A stretch of DNA of 64,000 bases from Octopus vulgaris. Taxonomy: Eukaryota. This document shows positions 44,785 through 56,439 of this stretch, in pieces. Numbering within the stretch: the stretch's first letter is position 1; every line of letters begins with the position of its first letter. The stretch covers positions 7,564,001-7,628,000 of the forward strand of contig OX597823.1 in the NCBI GenBank assembly GCA_951406725.2. The letters are read 5' to 3'. Below the pieces are notes generated by a model that saw nothing but the letters and a program-made list of their open reading frames with translations, was not told the origin of the DNA and did not search any database. The position numbers were made by a program, and so were the translations under genes.

Positions 44785-46060
44785 ATGGATATAAACACTG
44801 GTGAAAATAAATTTAAGACTGATTATAAAAGTTCTATTTCTTACAAAATATTTTGTTACCAACACCATACAAATTATTTCTATCTTTTACACCTTATGCA
44901 GAATTTATTTCTCTTTCGAATGGTGCAGCCAATAACTATTTTTATACAACTTGAAGAATTCTAATGCTAAATTGATATAAACGTTTCAAATTTACCAGCA
45001 AAATTAGTTTAAGACCGTATCATTATAATTTTATTTAAAGCTTAAGAGTGTAGCAAAAATGAGCAACAAGAATGAAATACATGTTAGTACTTTGTATTAT
45101 AGCCTTTATTCTTAAATAAAGTTCAGATGAATATGAGATTTTTAATAGTGATGAGTTGTCAGTTTATTGAGTCTTAAGTTGTGGTGTACAAACAAGTTTT
45201 TAAGTTCTAGATAGTCTCTTCCAATCTCGAGTTCATGTGGAACCCACTTATCCGACTTTTTCACTTTCCCAATTTGGACTAGGTGAGTTAATATTGTTTG
45301 CTTGCTAACATCAAACAACAAACATAATCTCTTCCAATCTCGAGTTCAACTTATTCATCAAGAAGAAAATGCAATCTTGACCACAGTGTGATCACCCAGT
45401 GGAACAGTACACCTAATAATCATTGTATACTACATACCAATAAATCAAAGAGCCTGCCACAAATATTTCCAGCAAAATATGTTGTGTTTGGTGAACATAT
45501 TTAATATATCAGCACAGAAATTTATTCAAAATAATGTAATCGTGATTCAAATTTATTATTATTTTAACTCCACCGCACATCATGTTTCCAACAGCTGATA
45601 GATACATTGTACTGATCTACTGAGAACTATAAACACTCACTACAAGTGTATCCAAATGGTTGGTCAGTCAATTACAACATGCATGTTATCTGCACAATTT
45701 CAATAGATTGTGAATTCAATTAAACTTATACTTAATTAGTGTAACAAAAAATAACAGCCATATTTTCCTTACCATTTAGTTAATGTGCAAAACATGCCTG
45801 TTACATATGTAGTTGAGGTAATTCTGATGACAAAGATTACTGGTGTGTATAGCATATACTACAGTAGTAATGAAAGTTTGATACATAATGGCAGTTTATT
45901 GAATATACATGCATTGTCATTACAGCTGTACTGATAAGATACTACAATGTTTAATATAAAGGTCACTTGAAAGTTATTTTGTTAACAATTAAGACTATAA
46001 TTCTGAACTAGTGTAATTTGAAAACATTAACTCAGTTTTATAACCCCAAGAATAATTATA
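44785..46060 (+). pseudogene. Endogenous viral element: decayed RdRp core of a segmented negative-strand RNA virus (Bunyavirales-like L)
   Basis: Ordered remnants: TDYKSS; EIHVSTL (45074); NLDHS-g-*SP (45373); GW/GQSI (45662); GNSDD (45817); MFNIKVT*K then SYF (45947); DYNSEL (45993). Frameshifts must be assumed to link them. Confidence 0.68.
45215..45348 (-). mobile_element. Tiny mariner fragment bounded by 21-bp direct repeats
   Basis: Minus strand reads QIGKVKKSDKWVPHEL; tctcttccaatctcgagttca at 45215 and 45328. Confidence 0.75.
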
Positions 46061-46694
46061 TGTAAAATAACCATATTTTAAAATCCTTTCATATCTTTTC
46101 TCACATACTGTTCATCATTTGATGTAGAGATATCTATATATTTCACAGTTTTCCTTCTTTTCACTTTCTGGCTTCACAACTTTTCATCCCTTCCATTGTA
46201 TTTGAAGTGCTACATTTTTAAAAAGATTTTCTGATAGCTTCTACATGATCTCTCCAAGACTTTACCACAAAATTGCACAACACTTCCAGTGAAAGAGCAT
46301 GCATATTACCACCTTTTTGTGAACATCCTTTCTCTGTCCACCTCCCAGTTATTCCACTCCAGATGAATATTATCTTTAAAAGACTTATATAGGATGACAT
46401 TGAGAAACTGAAGCACAGACATTCATCTTCTGGAATTACTGAAGTTACAGTATTGTTTCATGAAAGACGTTCCTTTACATTGTCTATTAAGTAAAATATG
46501 AACATGTCCTGCACTAACAAGCTCCTTTTTTTTTTTCTTTTTGTAAATCATTTGGCTGCCTATTCCACACATTGTCAATCTTGGATATACATCAGAAGAC
46601 AGCTTAATGAACACCTCCCTTACCTTGCAAAAATGCTGAGGTGAAACCAAGGGGCTGTATTCACTTATTCATTATTGAGGTTATTAACGTTTCT

Positions 46695-47055
46695 GTGGAG
46701 GCGCAATGGCCCAGTGGTTAGGGCAGCGGACTCGCGGTCGTAGGATTGCGGTTTCGAGCGAAAACACCTAAAGCTCCACGAGGCTCCGGCAGGGGATGGT
46801 GGTGATCCCTGCTGTACTCTTTCACCACAACTTTCTCTCACTCTTACTTCCCGTTTCTGTTGTACCTGTATTTCAAAGGGCCGGCCTTGTCACTCTCTGT
46901 GTCACGCTGAATATCCCCGAGAACTACGTTAAGGGTACACGTGTCTGTGGAGTGCTCAGCCACTTGCACGTTAATTTTATGAGCAGGCAGGCTGTTCCGT
47001 TGATTCGGATCAACCGGAACCCTTGTCGTCGAGACCGACGGAGTGCTTCCATCCA
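46695..47055 (+). mobile_element. tRNA-derived SINE, head H1 with tail T2 and a 14-bp target duplication
   Basis: ttattaacgtttct at 46681-46694 and 47056-47069; (TCCA)n tail. Confidence 0.93.
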
Positions 47056-47178
47056 TTATTAACGTTTCTAACTGCATTTCTAACTTGCTGCACCGTGAAG
47101 ACTCTGTTTCAGGTCACTTGAATTCCCTTCATAAGTGTGTGGCAACAAGATAGGTCTTTATTATCCTCTTATTGTATA

Positions 47179-47563
47179 CTAGCAGTATCGCCCGGCGTTG
47201 CTCAGGTTTGTAAGGGAAATAACTATAAAGCATTTTTAGAGAGTTATAGCCAAAAAATAGCAAAAAAATGGGGAAAAAAATGATGGTAAATTTTTTTGAG
47301 AGTTAAAAAAGGTGGAGTTGCGTCCCCAAGACGGTCTGTGGTTTGGGTTTCTGATTCTCGACCCCATGTCGAATTTATAGATTTTTTTCAGAACTGGGGG
47401 AACTTTTCAAAATTTTCGCTGCGTTAGTTTTGAATTATGACATTGGGCTATGTGTGTGTCAAGTTTCATCAGAATCGGTTGAAAGCCGTGGTCAGGGTGA
47501 GGGTACAACCAAACAGACACACAGACACACGCACAGACAAACTGCCGTTTATATAGAGAGAGA
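47179..47563 (-). mobile_element. Non-autonomous Helitron, subfamily 1
   Basis: Near-identical to 38280-38646 with the same termini. Confidence 0.87.
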
Positions 47564-47979
47564 TTCTGTTTCAGTCAGAATAATACAGTTTCTTTCTGCT
47601 TAGCATTACCTTTACTTGTTCCTGATGAGTTCTATGTTCTTGTTCTTCTCCTTCGACTGTTTCTTTCTTCATCGATCCACTTGATTCCAGTTAATACAGA
47701 TGGGTTCTTTATTCCCCTTTTGTGGTATTATATTTATCCGATGACTATCTTTCCTTTTTGACCTCAGTGAAAAGTTTTATTTGCTTTCTGCACCTCACAT
47801 CCATTCATTTTATTACATGGAAAAATGCGAGCAAGAGAATTAATATTCTTAAGATTATAAACCTGGAAAAGTTCAGGACATCTTATTACATTTGGTGAAG
47901 TACAGAACAAGAAAATTTTCACTTAAAATATTGCAGCTTAGGATAAAATTTCAAATAAAATATTTAGATTTAGAAAATA

Positions 47980-48582
47980 CTAGCAGTATCGCCCGGCGTT
48001 GCTCGGGTGTGTAAGGGAAATAACTATATAAGCATTTTTAGAGAGTTATAGCCAAAAAATAGCAAAAAAATGCACTAAAAATGGAAAAAAAATTATGGTA
48101 AATTTTTTTTTAAATCGTTGACTCATCGTAGACATTTTTAGAGAGTTGCTTCCCTTATATAATAGCGAAAAAATGCATTAAAATGGAAAAAAATTATGGT
48201 AAATTTTTTTTTAAATCGTAGACTCATCGTAGACATTTTTAGAGAGTTGCTTCCCTTATATAATAGCGAAAAAATGCATTAAAATGGAAAAAAATTATGG
48301 TAAATTTTTTTTTAAATCGTCGACTCATCGTAGACATTTTTAGAGAGTTGCTTCCCTTATATAATAGCGAAAAAATGCATTAAAATGGAAAAAAATTATG
48401 GTAAATTTTTTTTAAATCGTAGACTCATCGTAGACGCGCGCTAATACCCAGAAGGGCTCGATATGAATCACGACTATAAGATACCCAGTTTTGGTTAAAC
48501 TGCACCGCAAAATGTGGGAGTAGTTAGGAATCTAAATCGTAGGAGACAGACAGACACACAACCTTACTTTTATATATAAAGA
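47980..48582 (-). mobile_element. Non-autonomous Helitron, subfamily 2, with an internal ~101-bp tandem array
   Basis: Hairpin CCCGAGCAACGCCGGG before CTAG; repeat units start at 48130, 48231, 48332 and 48432. Confidence 0.87.
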
Positions 48583-51500
48583 TTAGCTTTTATTAAAACT
48601 AAAAATTGTACTACAAGTTACTACTTCTCTTTCTTATTACTTCTTACTTCTATCACAAATTTAAAATAACTCAAAATATTTTTTGCACTTTAAAAATATT
48701 CATTTTCTTTAATTATTAATTAATAATTAGAAATTTAAAAATAGATTATAAAAAATAATAGTAGTATATAATTAGTTATTGCAATCAATAGAATAATACA
48801 AAAATCAGTTATACATTACAGTAAAATCTACTAATAACAACAAATTCACAGTAAAATTTGCTTGAGTTATTGCCTAAGTTATTGCCAAGTCTTCACATTT
48901 TTAGTCTTGACCCAATGCCTATTTTTTACATAATGAATTTGCCTACCGTATATACTATTCTACTTTGCATAAAACTTTAACTATAGTAGTGCTTCTGGCT
49001 CTCAGTTTTTTATGTATTCTAGTGTGTCAATATTTCAACAAAATATGTTCCATGTTTTTTCCAGTGAAAGAGCATGCATATTACCACCTTTTTGTGAACA
49101 TCCTTTCTCTGTCCACCACCCAGTTATTCCACTCCAGATGAATATTATCTTTAAAAGACTTATATTAGGCTAATTAATAATGTGTCATTTAGCGGTGTCG
49201 TTGCTAATTTTTTTCCTTTCGTCAATGATGCCAGTGACATCTGTTAAAAGTCCCCTTATAGAACTATATTCATAAAAAAGCATAGAACTATATTATCACC
49301 CTCAGATTTGAGAAACAAACACTCATAATCTTTTTCTTTTATAACTTCATTGCATGAGATTGATACCATGAAATACCTTGAATTGAGCTCTATCATTTAA
49401 GCTTAATTAAAATATAGTTTTTAAAATAAAAAAGTTAATTATACTTAAATCAAATTTTTTGCTTTACTTATATTTTTGTCATATTTTACCTCACAACTTT
49501 TTTTATACAAATTTTTGTTGCATGGGACCAAAACTATGAAATTCTTTACGCTTTCTTCTATCATTGAAGCTAAGATAAATATATTTTGTTTTTAAAATAA
49601 ATACGTTATTTAGATCTAAACTTGCTTGGTGGAATTGCTTACTCTCCTATGATGTTGCTACAAATTTTGATGTAAACTTTTTTCTACTGGATCAAATCTT
49701 AATTTTTTTATGCCAAAATGTAGCTGGGAACCAGTCCTCTTCAAAGATGTTAAGTTTTCAATTTGGTCGAGAACTGAATTAGCACAAGCTCTGAAAGATG
49801 CTGCGTGTGAGTAAATTGCAGCCTTAAGAATATTATTCAACTACCACCATAGTTGAATGATACTCCACTATTTTATTCCTACCTGGTTTTTTTTCAGTCT
49901 TTTAAATCAGCAATAGTGTCATTACATTCTATATTTCCTTACCCCCAGCATCTTTTTGTTCCAGAACATCAATTTTCTTGTTAGTTCAGTGTTCACATTC
50001 TTCATTCACTAAAGCTGTATCTTCCTTACTTCTGCCAAGTCCTCTAATCACAATTTCCTTATCAGATTCATTTTTGTTTGTATGCATTTTTAGAATATCT
50101 AATTAAATCTTAACATCCTGTTGAAAATTTTCCATGTCAAAAACTTAGTTACAGAACTCTAGAAAATCATCAGCATTGAAGGCTCCAGTTTTGGAGGCTT
50201 TTTCCTTTAAAGTTTTCCAGCCTTGTTCCTCTTTCATGCTTGGAAAAACTGGGGGTTAGGGTTTCACATGTATCACAGTGTTTAGAATATTGCAATTTAT
50301 AATCTCTGATAACAGTATTAACAGGTAATTTAACTTTTTACTAGACTTTACTGCTACATCATTAGCAAAGCAGAAATTCCTGTCTGGTTTACCAATCTTA
50401 ACCAAACTTTTACTGCTATCGTTCAGTATACTTAGAAACACTTCAACTACACATTTCCGGCAATTGTACAAGTACATAAGAGTCTGATATTGCCATACAA
50501 AATGTGCCTTTCTCAAGGGTAGACATCTTTTTGTCAGCATCATTAATCAGTTTTAAACAATGTTTGGTAAAGTGCTTCAACTATGCATATAACTGTATGC
50601 ATCTCATCAGACTCGACTACAGTATTAAAATATTTTATATGATAGTCTCAAGCAAAATGCTTTGTAGACTTAGTGAGACATCACATGATCTTTCCTTCAC
50701 TGTCTGTGGAAGTTGACATGCCACCACCACATTTAAATTAATAATTCCCTCAATAATCTGTTTATTTCTTCTTTCTCTACCAGACAGACTTGTAGGAGTT
50801 AGGTTTACCAGTCTCTTGTGCAAATTACACAGCTTGTATGACACTTCCATTTTCACTAAATATCTTTGAATATCTTCTTAACGGTATTTTTTATAGCTTC
50901 ATATGGTTACACTGCTACAAGAGGTACATACTAACTTTTCATTTTCTTCAGAAATGTTAACATATAAAAATCTTGAGTGGCATCAGGTAAAATACTCCCA
51001 AAATCTAATAACTTTTGATAGAAATTCAAAATGAACACGGATGTTATTGATACTGGTGCTTGAAGGTCTTCTGTATGAACAGAATTCTTTATAAGTCATA
51101 TAATCCTTCATATTTCCATCATGATAGTATATTTTATCAAGTTTATCTGGTATACTGTGGAGGTTAGTGGCTTTACCAATGTCTGTATGTACTAGGTCAC
51201 AGATACATTCAGATAGATATGTTAGGATGCAATAGTAAGAACACAGCAGGACCTTGCTTCATTTTTGGCAGATTTGTGTAAGAGCTAAAATATCTTAACC
51301 TTTTGACCATTCCAAATACAATTATTCCTTGTAAGATAGTCGGCAGTTGCTTCCCAAATTGTACCATAGCCAACTATTCAAGGAAAAACATCTTTCTCTT
51401 TGTACTTGGATGAAAGCAATTGCTACAATGGTGTAAATCTTTTAGTCATTATTGTAAATACTTGTGTGTAAAGAAATGGGATATAAATCATATCTTGGCA

Positions 51501-51689
51501 CCTCTCATTCATATCTCTTTTTCTCTTATTTCGTTTCTGTAAGGTTTGTTGGGATGACCAGCCACTATTAGCCCAATAGACCATTTTATTATAACTTCTA
51601 TTCTAGAAATTTATACACTTCAAACTCAACTGCCTCTTATGAGCTTTCCTCCCTACTCTCATACAAAAGCATTATGGGGATATGTATGC

Positions 51690-53345
51690 CACAGTGAAAG
51701 GAATCAACTTAAAGTATAATAACTCTGCATGAAATCTTGTACAGAGGAAAAATGGATTCCAACTTAGCTCTTCTGTAACCCTTGTGCATGGGCAAGACAA
51801 GGACTTCATAGGGTTGCAGTGAAGGCAACCTATCTAGGAGAGCAGGAACCCTGAATAAAAGTGTAAAAGCAAAACTTCAACTTCGAATTTCTCATGAATG
51901 TGAAACACAGGTATAAATTCTTCTATGTAGGTAATGGTACTGGGTTGTATGGAATAGGAATGCTGGTAACAAAGTAATGGATAGATAAAATAACTGAGGT
52001 ACTCAGAAAATAGTTAAGCTTAACTATATGACAGCAACAGTGAATTGTGCAGACACACTGTTTCAGGCCAGGCAGACACACTGTTTCTTTGAAGTTTTCT
52101 TTCAGATTACATTGGTAATGGATGAGAATGACTTCATTATTACAACTGGTAACTTTAACGGATTTATTGGGAAACATTGATGGCTGCTCTAGTTATATAT
52201 GGAGGTTATGGTATTGGTACAAAGAATGAAAAAGGATCAAAACTGTTTGAGTTCTGTGATATAGATGACCAAATCATTAGCAACACTAACTTCAGGAAGC
52301 CAGCCTGTTACTTGATAACCTACCAATCAGGCAAACACGCAAGCCAGATTAGCCTTAATACCTATCAGAAAATAGAGTAGGCAACTGGTTGTGAATTATA
52401 AGTCTTTCTATTTTCTTTGTGAAGAATGTACCATCCAACATAGATTAGGAGGTCAGCAAACTCAGTATAGCAACTACACAGATTGAATAACACATGACAA
52501 TCTGAAAAAGGAAGGTTTGGAAACAAAAATATCTTGACCAAATGTAGGTTCAAACAATATTTGCTGCTGTGTATGAGGAGGATATTGAAGTAGAGATTTA
52601 TAATTCAGAGAAGAACTAGTTTTTAGGAGACAGCTTGCTTTGGGTCAAAGACCAGACATGAGGATAGAATAAGGTTCTAGCTACAGAGAAGGTTCCATAG
52701 TGGCAGAATGGTGTCAATAAAACCACAAATGCTAAAAGACAGGCTTGGGAAGATTGAAAAAGAGAAGCAAAAACAATATCAGATACTTAGAAAAGAAGCT
52801 AGACATTAGGGATTCTTACCAAGAAGAGAAGCTGAAAGTAAGAGTTTTACTAGTGTTCTATGTCAAAGAGATCAGAAATGTGAGGTGTTTCAGATTGCAA
52901 AGCAGTGATACAAATGTCACTCAAGATGTTATGGGAAATGTGTGAGGAATGGTAGCAGTGAGCTTGTATCTCTCAGTGACTGACAAAATGGAGGAGGTAT
53001 GGATATGTTACTACAAGAATTTATTGAATGAGGAAAATATTCAGGAGAGAGAAGATCCTCTCAAAACAAGCTCAACTGGTGTACCAGTTGACAGCTGTAT
53101 GTTTGAAAGTGCAATTAAAGAATATGGAAGCTGTAAATGAAGCTACACCTGCACAAATAGTTACTATAGCCAGTCATTGCCAATCATTTGGTATAGGTAG
53201 ATGGGACAGCCAGTGGTTGGCATAGAAGTTTTATCATCCACGTCAAGGGTGAAGGTGATGTTTTAGCAATTAGTATCTTCAGAGGCATCAAATTGCTGGA
53301 CAAAGCTATGAGTTTGATTACAAAGAGAATTAAACAAGATGCATA
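51690..53345 (+). mobile_element. RTE-clade LINE, decayed endonuclease to start of RT
   Basis: GNFNG, GGYGIGTKNEKGSKLFEFC, NTNFRKP...ITYQSG and FRGIKLL. Confidence 0.85.
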
Positions 53346-53415
53346 AAATGGTGGTGATGATCAAAATAAAGGAGAAAATGTTTTCTCTTTGGGTTTCTAT
53401 AAAAAGAAATTCATA

Positions 53416-53650
53416 GGCGCAGGAGTGGCTGTGTGGTAAGTAGCTTGCTTACCAACCACATGGTTCCGTGTTCATTCCCACTGCATGGTGCCTTGGGCAA
53501 GTGTCTTCTGCTATAGCTTTTGGTCAACCAAAGCCTTGTGAGTGGATTTGGCTGATGGAAGCTGAAGGGGGCTCGTCATATATATATATATATATATGTG
53601 TGTTTGTGTCTATGTTTGTTCCCCTAACATTGCTTGACAACCGATGGTAG
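53416..53650 (+). mobile_element. SINE family A, 3'-truncated
   Basis: ggcgcaggagtggctgtgtggtaagtagc head. Confidence 0.88.
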
Positions 53651-54196
53651 TGTGAAAAGAGGATTTCTGTATGTATGGTTCTGTCTAAGTAACTGAAAGA
53701 ATCTTGTGGAGACTGGATGTTATGTAGGCTGCAAAGTTAATAAGAACCATGGTCGGGAGGTAGAGATAATTGTTTAGAAAGACTATATTTTGGACCCACC
53801 AAAGGCTACAAACACCCTCTCTGAGGTTGTTTAAAATTTCCTCATTCAGTGTGCTGTCTCATTATCATAATTTCTTAACATTCATGTTCCATGCTGGTAT
53901 GGCTTAGATGGTTTGACAGGATCTGATGACGTAAGGACTGGATTGTTCACCAGTATTTACTCTGGCATGGTTTCTGCTGCTAGCTGTTCTTCCTTATACC
54001 AACCATTTTGCAGTGTGTACTGAGTGCATTTTTCATGCTACCTGCTCTTGCTGATTGGTGCTGGGTTGGCTTGTCTTGCCAACAGCTGTTACCCTGTACA
54101 TCTGATGTGCAGATCTTTGACTAAAAATTTGTTGTACATCCAGACCTGTTTCTGTTGCTGGACTTTGACTCCCAGATCCATATTGTAGATTTATTT

Positions 54197-54594
54197 GCGC
54201 AGGAGTGGCTATGTGGTAAGTAGCTTGCTTACCAACAACATGGTTCCGGGTTCAGTCCCACTGCGTGGCATCTTGGGCAAGTGTCTTCTGCTATAGCCCC
54301 GGGCCGACCAATGCCTTGTGAGTGGATTTGGTAGACGGAAACTGAAAAGAAGTCCGTCATATATATGTATATATATATGTGTGTGTGGGTCTGTGTTTGT
54401 CCCCCCAGCATTGCTTGACAACCGATGCTGGTGTGTTTGTGTCCCCGATACTTAGCAGTTCGGCAAAAGAGACCAATAGAATAAGTACTGGGCTTACAAA
54501 AAGAATAAGTCCCAGGGTCGAGTTGCTCGATTAAAGGCGGTGCTCCAGCATGGCCGCAGTCAAATGACTGAAGCAAGTAAAAGAGTAAAAGAGT
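54197..54594 (+). mobile_element. SINE family A, full copy inside a duplicated RTE segment
   Basis: Complete copy; the empty site is present near 57547. Confidence 0.92.
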
Positions 54595-55320
54595 AATGAA
54601 TATTTATGGTGGCATTTGGTTACACATTTCCCAATATCACTGTCCCTATTGTGAAGAAGATATCTCTGTTAGCAAGGAGGACTCAAGGTAACCTAAGGGA
54701 GCAGCTTTATACTATAAGTATAAAAGTGTGAAAGAAGGGACCTGAACAGAATAAGTTTTAGAATGCATTTTAGAAGAGAAGGTGGAGTGACTGGGTGGAG
54801 CTAGTAGACAAGAAAAGTAATAGTGATGAAGTGTGAATTTTACCTTCAAGAGATAAGGTGGGTAGAAATGAGAAGGGAGACAGAGCAATGTGTGGATGGA
54901 TGTTGCATGAGAGTTGGGGGTGAATGAAGGGGGAGTAGGAGATGATTGATTGTGTGGAGCAGCAGAATAGTAATGATGATAGTGTAAGCAAGAGGAGAAC
55001 AAGAGAGGGAGATGACATGGTATTGAGTAGGTAGCAGGAGTGAGTGGAAAAGAGAGGCAGGTGTAGTGCATGGGGAGGGGGGAATATAATTTGGTGGCCC
55101 AATGGGGTTGGGTTGGGTCAGTGTCTCCTTGTCTGAATTGGGAGGGTAGTGTTAGTTGTTGTTGTTGTTGTACTGAAAAAGCCTAGTACAGTATGCTGCT
55201 GATAGATATGACCTCTGGTTTTCTGGGCAGTAACTGACAAGTCCATTCTTTTATAAGCTGTAACAGCTGCTGAGATGATGGCTTGCAGAATTAGTTACAA
55301 AGTGGGAGCTATGAGACTTA

Positions 55321-55734
55321 CTCTTATTCTTTTACTCTTTTACTTGTTTCAGTCATTTTGACTGCGGCCATGCTGGAGCACCGCCTTTAATCGAGCAACT
55401 CGACCCCGGGACTTATTCTTTTGTAAGCCCAGTACTTATTCTATCGGTCTCTTTTGCCGAACTGCTAAGTAACGGGGACATAAACACACCAGCATCGGTT
55501 GTCAAGCAATGCTAGGGGGACAAACACAGACACACAAACACACACATGCGTAGATATATATATATATACATATATACGACGGGCTTCTTTTCAGTTTCCA
55601 TCTACCAAATCCACTCACAAGGCTTTGGTCAGCCCAGGGCTATAGTAGAGGACACCCGCCCAAGGTGCCACGCAGTGGGACTGAACCCGGTACCATGTGG
55701 TTGGTAAACAAGCTACTTACCACACAGCCACTCC
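55321..55734 (-). mobile_element. SINE family A, full copy
   Basis: Complete reverse-complement copy. Confidence 0.92.
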
Positions 55735-56032
55735 ACTTGTTCATTACTATACTTTAGTTTGGGTCTGAGCTTAGTGATGGCCTAATTTTGAAAATATATT
55801 AATTTAGTTTTAAGTTAACAGTGACTTGTTCATCCCTTTTCAGTTCATAGTCTTTCCAAAGATTATTTCAGCCCTATTGCAACAACATGAGATATCATCG
55901 TTATGGAAAGATCATTTTATAAAATTCCTTCATGATTACTCAGTCCACTGATGTGAGCTGGTTTAACATTCAGGTGATGCATTCTATCACTCTATTATCG
56001 TAGACTGGTCTTTCAGTAAAAATGTACTGTCT

Positions 56033-56438
56033 AGGCACAGGAGTGGCTGTTTGGTAAGTAGCTTGCTAACCAACCACATGGTTCCGGGTTCAGTCCCACT
56101 GCATGGCATCTTGGGCAAGTGTCTTTTGCTATAGCCCCGGGCCAACCAATGCCTTGTGAGTGGATTTGGTAGACGGAAACTGAAAGAAGCCTGTTGTATA
56201 TATGTATATATATATATATATATTATAAATGTGTGTGTATATGTTTGTGTGTCTGTGTTTGTTCCCCTAGCATTGCTTGACAACCGATGCTGGTGTGTTT
56301 ACGTCCACGTCACTTAGCAGTTCGGCAAAAGAAACCGATAGAATAAGTACTGGGCTTACAAAGAATAAGTCCCGGGGTCGATTTGCTCGACTAAAGGCGG
56401 TGCTCCAGACTGAAACAAGTAAAAGAGTAAAAGAGTAA
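56033..56438 (+). mobile_element. SINE family A with a small tail deletion
   Basis: Complete apart from about 19 bp. Confidence 0.92.
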
Positions 56439-56439
56439 T

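Larger units (their letters stand above)
46070..51600 (-). pseudogene. Decayed reading frames, candidate N-terminal half of the viral L gene, interrupted by a SINE and two Helitrons
   Basis: Long frames with few stops (LSECICDLVHTDIGK...LSGRERRNKQIIEGII; KPDRNFCF; KAAIYSHAASF); ELNSRYFMVSIS near 49380; SFTGSVVQFCGKVLERS near 46280. Confidence 0.5.

Noticed and set aside
45360-46000. Cys-rich minus-strand reading suggesting a viral glycoprotein
   Set aside because: Many stops; the plus strand explains the region better through ordered polymerase motifs.
48130-48435. CRISPR-like periodicity
   Set aside because: Head-to-tail units without unique spacers, inside a Helitron, in eukaryotic DNA.
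54700-55150. Pro/Ser/His-rich ORFs
   Set aside because: Low-complexity GA-rich tract without splice signals.
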